A DNA stretch of 64,000 nt from Candidatus Hydrogenedentota bacterium (GTDB lineage: Bacteria > Hydrogenedentota > Hydrogenedentia > Hydrogenedentales > SLHB01), in contig CAVUWV010000014.1 in assembly GCA_963745075.1 (NCBI GenBank), positions 64,001-128,000 of the forward strand, read 5' to 3'. A program made the position numbers and the translations under genes. The notes beneath the pieces are model-generated. The model ran no database searches and was not told where the DNA came from. It saw nothing but the letters and a program-made list of their open reading frames with translations. Every line of letters begins with the position of its first letter. The stretch's first letter is position 1. This document shows, in pieces, positions 59,429 through 64,000 of this stretch.

Positions 59429-62173
59429 TTGCTGAATACAGTTCTTAAGTCCTTATTTGGCACGAGCAAAGAGCGCCAGATCAAACGCCTGCTTCCGCTC
59501 CTGAGTGAAGTGCGTTCCCGCGAAGCCAATGTCGTGGCGATGACCAACGACGAGTTGCGCGCCCAGACCGGACGGCTGAAAGAACGCCTTGCCGAGGGTG
59601 AAACGCTCGACGACATCCTCCCCGAAGCCTTCGCGGTCTGTAGCGAAGCCGCCAAACGGGTTACCGGCATGCGGCCCTTCGACGTACAGATCATCGGCGG
59701 CATTGTGTTGCACCAGGGTTCCATCGCCGAGATGGTCACCGGTGAAGGCAAAACCCTGGTGGCGACCCTGCCGGTGTATCTCAACGCCTTGGCCGGTCAG
59801 GGCGTGCACGTGGTTACGGTCAACGACTACCTGGCGCGCCGCGACCGCGAGTGGATGGGTCCCATCTATGAATTTCTCGGCCTGACCGTCGGTCTCATCC
59901 AGCACGATATGTCCCAAGCCGAACGGCAGGTCGGCTACCGCGCGGACATCACCTACGGCACCAACAACGAATTCGGTTTCGACTATCTGCGCGACAACAG
60001 CATTGCGCGCCGCCCGGAACACCGTGTGCAGCGGACGTTGAACTACGCGATTATCGACGAAATCGACTCGATTCTTGTCGATGAGGCCCGGACCCCGCTC
60101 ATTATCTCGGGGCGTCCGGAAAAGAGCACTGATCTCTACTTCAAGGTCGACGAAGTAGTCCGTCAGCTCAAGCGGGACGTACATTACGAAGTTGAAGAGA
60201 AGCACCGGCACGTACTGATGACGGAAGAAGGCATGCCCCTGGTCGAAAAGCTCATGGGCGTGGAAAACCTCTACACGGAAGACCTGGGTATCGTCCACAT
60301 GATCGAACAGGCCATCCGGGCCCATACGCTCTACAAGCGCGACGACGAATATGTCGTCCGAAACGGGGAAGTGCTCATCGTCGACGAATTCACCGGCCGC
60401 ACCATGGAGGGCCGGCGCTTCTCGGACGGGCTCCACCAAGCCCTCGAAGCCAAAGAACGCGTGGCGGTCCAGTTCGAAACCCAGACCATTGCCAGCATCA
60501 CGTACCAGAACCTTTTCAAGCTCTACAACAAGATCGCCGGCATGACCGGTACCGCCGCCACCGAGGCCCACGAATTCGCCGAAATCTACAACCTTGACGT
60601 GGTGCAGATTCCCACCAACCTTCCTTTAATTCGTGAAGACCAGACCGACCTGGTGTTCGCCACCGAATTGGGGAAATTCCGCCATGTCATCGACGAGATT
60701 TCATACGTCCATGAAAGCGGTCGTCCCGTTCTCGTGGGCACCGTGTCCATCGAAAAATCCGAGGTAGTGGCCAAACTGCTTGAAGAACGCGGAATCCACG
60801 AGCACCAGGTGCTCAACGCGAAGCATCATGAACGCGAAGCCGCGATCATCAGCAACGCCGGTAAACAGGGCGCCATTACCATCGCCACCAACATGGCCGG
60901 CCGCGGAACCGATATCAAACTCGGTGAAGGTGTCCGGGAACTGGGTGGACTGGCCATCATCGGTACCGAGCGGCACGAGTCCCGGCGTATCGATAACCAG
61001 CTCCGCGGCCGTTGTGGCCGTCAGGGCGACCCGGGAACGACCCGGTTCTTCCTCAGCCTCGAAGACGAGGTCGCCCGGCTTTTCGGCGGTGATAAGGTGA
61101 AACGCCTCCTGGAGTGGACCGGCAGCCAGCAGGACATGGACGAGGAGCCCTTGGGCCAGCGCATGGTATCCCGTTCCATCGAACGGGCCCAGCGCCAGGT
61201 TGAAGAGTTTAATTTCGAGGCGCGTAAACACCTCAAGGAATACGACGACGTCAACAACAAGCAGCGTCAGATCATTTACGGCATTCGCCGCGAGGTCCTC
61301 GAAGATCGCGACGTTTCCGGACGCATCCGCGACATGTTCGAAAACGGCGTCGTCGAAATGATCGACCAGTACGCGCCGGAAGACTCGTTGCCGGACGACT
61401 GGGACCTTGAAGGGTTGGAAGCCCGGTTTACGCATCTCTTTGGCTTTGTTCCCGACATCGCCGGCCGGGACGAAGAGACGCCAAAACCGCTCATCGAGGA
61501 ATTGCTCGACCAGGTTACGGAAGAATACGAACGGCGCGAATCCCTTATCGCCGACGAGTACCGAAGCAGCTACCGGGAGCAAATCGGCGGCGACGAATCC
61601 AAGATCGACTTCGCCAAACTCGGGCGCCGCTACGTGCACAACCTCGAAAAGATGGCCCTCTTGGATGCGGTGGACGACAAGTGGATCGACCACCTGTATT
61701 CCATGGACTATCTGCGGGATGCGGTCCGGCTCCGCGCCTTCGGTCAGAAAGATCCCCTGGTCGAGTACAAGGCCGAGGGCTTCGAGTTGTTCGAGAGCAT
61801 GATGTCGAACATCGAGGAAACCGTGATCCAGTTGCTCTTCCGTCTAACGGACCCGGAAATCCGCAAGCGCCGCACCCAGGATTTGCGCCAGGGAACCTTG
61901 ACGGCCAAGAACGACCCCTTCGCGCAGATCTCCGAGTATGCGATGGTCGGCGCCGACAAGCAGCAGGATCGGAGTTTCGCTTCCTACGACACCAGCCGCT
62001 TCAACCTGGCCGGCCAGTCCGCTGCAGCGCGTGCGGCCGGCGCGCCGACCGATGGGTCCGAGAAGCCCAAGGCTATGCCGATTCGTCGCACCACGCCGGC
62101 CATCGGACCGAACGATCCGTGCCCGTGCGGCAGCGGTAAAAAGTACAAAAAGTGCTGCGGACGTGTAAACTAA
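59429..62173 (+). CDS. secA: Preprotein translocase subunit SecA
   Basis: [62 protein letters not shown]. Confidence 0.98.
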   Translation: MLNTVLKSLFGTSKERQIKRLLPLLSEVRSREANVVAMTNDELRAQTGRLKERLAEGETLDDILPEAFAVCSEAAKRVTGMRPFDVQIIGGIVLHQGSIAEMVTGEGKTLVATLPVYLNALAGQGVHVVTVNDYLARRDREWMGPIYEFLGLTVGLIQHDMSQAERQVGYRADITYGTNNEFGFDYLRDNSIARRPEHRVQRTLNYAIIDEIDSILVDEARTPLIISGRPEKSTDLYFKVDEVVRQLKRDVHYEVEEKHRHVLMTEEGMPLVEKLMGVENLYTEDLGIVHMIEQAIRAHTLYKRDDEYVVRNGEVLIVDEFTGRTMEGRRFSDGLHQALEAKERVAVQFETQTIASITYQNLFKLYNKIAGMTGTAATEAHEFAEIYNLDVVQIPTNLPLIREDQTDLVFATELGKFRHVIDEISYVHESGRPVLVGTVSIEKSEVVAKLLEERGIHEHQVLNAKHHEREAAIISNAGKQGAITIATNMAGRGTDIKLGEGVRELGGLAIIGTERHESRRIDNQLRGRCGRQGDPGTTRFFLSLEDEVARLFGGDKVKRLLEWTGSQQDMDEEPLGQRMVSRSIERAQRQVEEFNFEARKHLKEYDDVNNKQRQIIYGIRREVLEDRDVSGRIRDMFENGVVEMIDQYAPEDSLPDDWDLEGLEARFTHLFGFVPDIAGRDEETPKPLIEELLDQVTEEYERRESLIADEYRSSYREQIGGDESKIDFAKLGRRYVHNLEKMALLDAVDDKWIDHLYSMDYLRDAVRLRAFGQKDPLVEYKAEGFELFESMMSNIEETVIQLLFRLTDPEIRKRRTQDLRQGTLTAKNDPFAQISEYAMVGADKQQDRSFASYDTSRFNLAGQSAAARAAGAPTDGSEKPKAMPIRRTTPAIGPNDPCPCGSGKKYKKCCGRVN

Positions 62174-62236
62174 TGGATTCGTTACGCCGCCTGCGGACAC
62201 CGCTCCCGTTCCCACAACCATGTGCAATTCTTTGAC

Positions 62237-62265
62237 TTGACTCCTTTCTAGAAGACGTGTACACT
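62237..62265 (+). promoter_or_regulatory. Sigma70-type promoter upstream of ispH-shc
   Basis: TTGACT-N17-TACACT. Confidence 0.55.
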
Positions 62266-62534
62266 TGAACCGGGCCTGGGAGAGGGGATTCCTACGGGAA
62301 TTCAAACTGGGTGAGGTGCTTTATCTGCGTTTCTGCTACACGATGGTTCGCATGATGTCTTGGTGACGTTCCGGAGCGAGCGTAATTACCTCGTGTATCA
62401 CCGGTCAAAGTATCCCGGTATGTGAACCTCCTGATATTCCCGCATGTTCTCATGAAGGGGGTATCGTCTCGTGAGCGGATTCGGTTGAGCACAAACGTCG
62501 AACGTAGTACAGCGAAGGGAAGGAGGCCCGGCGC

Positions 62535-63479
62535 ATGGCCATCAAGCGTGTGGTGCTCGCAAACCCTCGAGGATTCTGCGCGGGGGTCGTTCGTGCCATC
62601 GACATCGTCGAGCACGTACTGAATATTTTGCCCCCGCCGATTTACGTCTTTCACGAGATCGTCCACAACCGTCACGTCGTCGAGCGATTGCGGGAACGGG
62701 GGGCGGTTTTCGTCAATGATGTCGCCGATATTCCTTCCGACTCCGTATGCATCTTCAGCGCACATGGGATCTCACCGGCCGTCCGTCAGCTTGCCAAAGA
62801 CCGCAAACTCCAGGTCATCGACGCCACGTGCCCCTTAGTGACCAAAGTGCATCTGGAAGTCATTCGGTACGCAAAATCGGGGTATTCGCTCATCCTCATC
62901 GGTCATGCGGGCCACGAGGAAGTGCAAGGAACGATGGGCGAAGCCCCCATGCATCTCGTCAGCACCGTGGAAGACGTGGACGGATTGCAGGTCGAGAACC
63001 CGGACAAGATTATCTACTTGACACAGACCACGCTCAGCCTTGACGATACGCTACGTATTGTTGAGGCATTGCGCCGGAAATACCCGAAAGTGGAGTCGCC
63101 TCCCAAGGACGACATTTGTTACGCCACCCAGAACCGGCAGAACGCCGTGAAGGAGCTGGCTTCTCAGGTGGACGTGGTCCTGGTGACCGGGTCGCAGAAC
63201 AGTTCGAACTCCCAGCGATTGTGCGAGGTGGCCCATAGTTTGGGCGTGCCCTCATACCTTATCAACGACGAGACCGAGATACAGGAAGCCTGGTTCACCG
63301 ACGCCGAAGTTGTCGGGGTGACGGCCGGCGCATCGGCCCCGGAAGCGTGTGTGGATCGCGTGGTGCGCCATCTGCAATTGCTCGGCGCTGCGGAGGTCGA
63401 CGAGTTGCACGCGGCCAAGGAGAAGGTGCATTTCTCCATGCCGCGTGAAGTGCTAAGTCTCGCGGAACAAGTGTCTTGA
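62535..63479 (+). CDS. ispH: 4-hydroxy-3-methylbut-2-enyl diphosphate reductase
   Basis: PRGFCAGV, IVHN, SAHG, DATCPLV, QTTLS, ICYAT, SSNS, GVTAGASAP. Confidence 0.97.
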   Translation: MAIKRVVLANPRGFCAGVVRAIDIVEHVLNILPPPIYVFHEIVHNRHVVERLRERGAVFVNDVADIPSDSVCIFSAHGISPAVRQLAKDRKLQVIDATCPLVTKVHLEVIRYAKSGYSLILIGHAGHEEVQGTMGEAPMHLVSTVEDVDGLQVENPDKIIYLTQTTLSLDDTLRIVEALRRKYPKVESPPKDDICYATQNRQNAVKELASQVDVVLVTGSQNSSNSQRLCEVAHSLGVPSYLINDETEIQEAWFTDAEVVGVTAGASAPEACVDRVVRHLQLLGAAEVDELHAAKEKVHFSMPREVLSLAEQVS

Positions 63480-63637
63480 AGCGGAAGACGTAACCGTAGC
63501 GTCGAAACACATGCGGCAGACGTGGGTATACATACGAAGTGACATTCGATGCTCACCGTTGCTCGATCGCGTGGTACGCGTCGCAACGACTGAATAAGGC
63601 GACAGGGACTGTCGCATTTGCGAAAGGGTTGGAGAAG

Positions 63638-64000
63638 TTGGCCGTTACTACGTCGAATCAGGAAGAATCCGAGTTCATCGCGCTCGAAAAAGACCTCATC
63701 GATGGTGCCCGCGCCGCGATCGAAGCGACGCAGCAATACCTGATCCGGAACCAGCACGACGACGGTCACTGGTGTGCCGAACTCGAGGGCGACACCATCC
63801 TCGAGTCGGAATATATTCTTGCAATGCATTACATCGGCCGGACGCACGAAGATCGCGTGCGAAAAGCCGCCAACTATATCCGGAAACACGCGCTGCCCGA
63901 TGGCGGCTGGGCCATTTATCCGGGAGGCGCCGCCGATGTCAGCGCATCGGCCAAGGCCTACTTCACCTTGAAGTTGCTCGGCGACGATCCCCACGCGCCG
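63638..64000 (+). CDS. shc: Squalene-hopene cyclase (5' part; runs off the window)
   Basis: Not in ORF track (no stop). RBS GGAG, TTG 63638; QHDDGHWCAELEGDTILESEYIL, PDGGWAIYPGG..DVSASAKAYFTLKLLG. Confidence 0.92.
   Translation, partial: MAVTTSNQEESEFIALEKDLIDGARAAIEATQQYLIRNQHDDGHWCAELEGDTILESEYILAMHYIGRTHEDRVRKAANYIRKHALPDGGWAIYPGGAADVSASAKAYFTLKLLGDDPHAP

Noticed and set aside
52283..61693. Long antisense ORFs (52283..53368, 54332..55489, 59453..60571, 60701..61693)
   Set aside because: Shadows of well-supported genes on the opposite strand in GC-rich DNA

Overview
GC-rich bacterial chromosome segment; taxonomy cannot be fixed from the sequence. Bases 1-6874 are the right-hand part of a phage-satellite-like element integrated at the 3' end of tRNA-Pro(CGG). 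It carries an AlpA/Xis HTH gene, an HK97-fold major capsid gene hidden by frameshifts, a DnaB-N/AAA_25 replication helicase followed by an iteron array, a PD-(D/E)XK nuclease, a P27-type small terminase and a tandem paralog pair. No portal, large terminase or tail gene is visible in the window. A yprA/yprB (mrfA/mrfB)-type repair gene pair is split by a small ORF and by a 1687-bp mobile element. That element has a CCCAG duplication, sits in one arm of a long palindromic repeat, has an RBS-occluding leader hairpin, and encodes a protein with no DDE or HUH motif that I could recognise. The remainder is housekeeping and glycan/accessory genes: FHA-GAF histidine kinase, cca, GH129-like hydrolase, hemE, a triple-glycosyltransferase/flavoprotein/TVP38/DUF547 cluster, entericidin, three Gfo/Idh/MocA enzymes, a PPIase, two apparent pseudo-enzymes, puuE, a sulfatase, a Kelch protein, an AT-richer islet with a toxin-antitoxin remnant, secA, ispH and the start of shc. 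Several REP-like palindrome families are dispersed through the window. Many 1-nt frameshifts, some in conserved genes, suggest uncorrected indel errors, so pseudogene calls are provisional. All family assignments come from motif recognition by eye; no searches were run.
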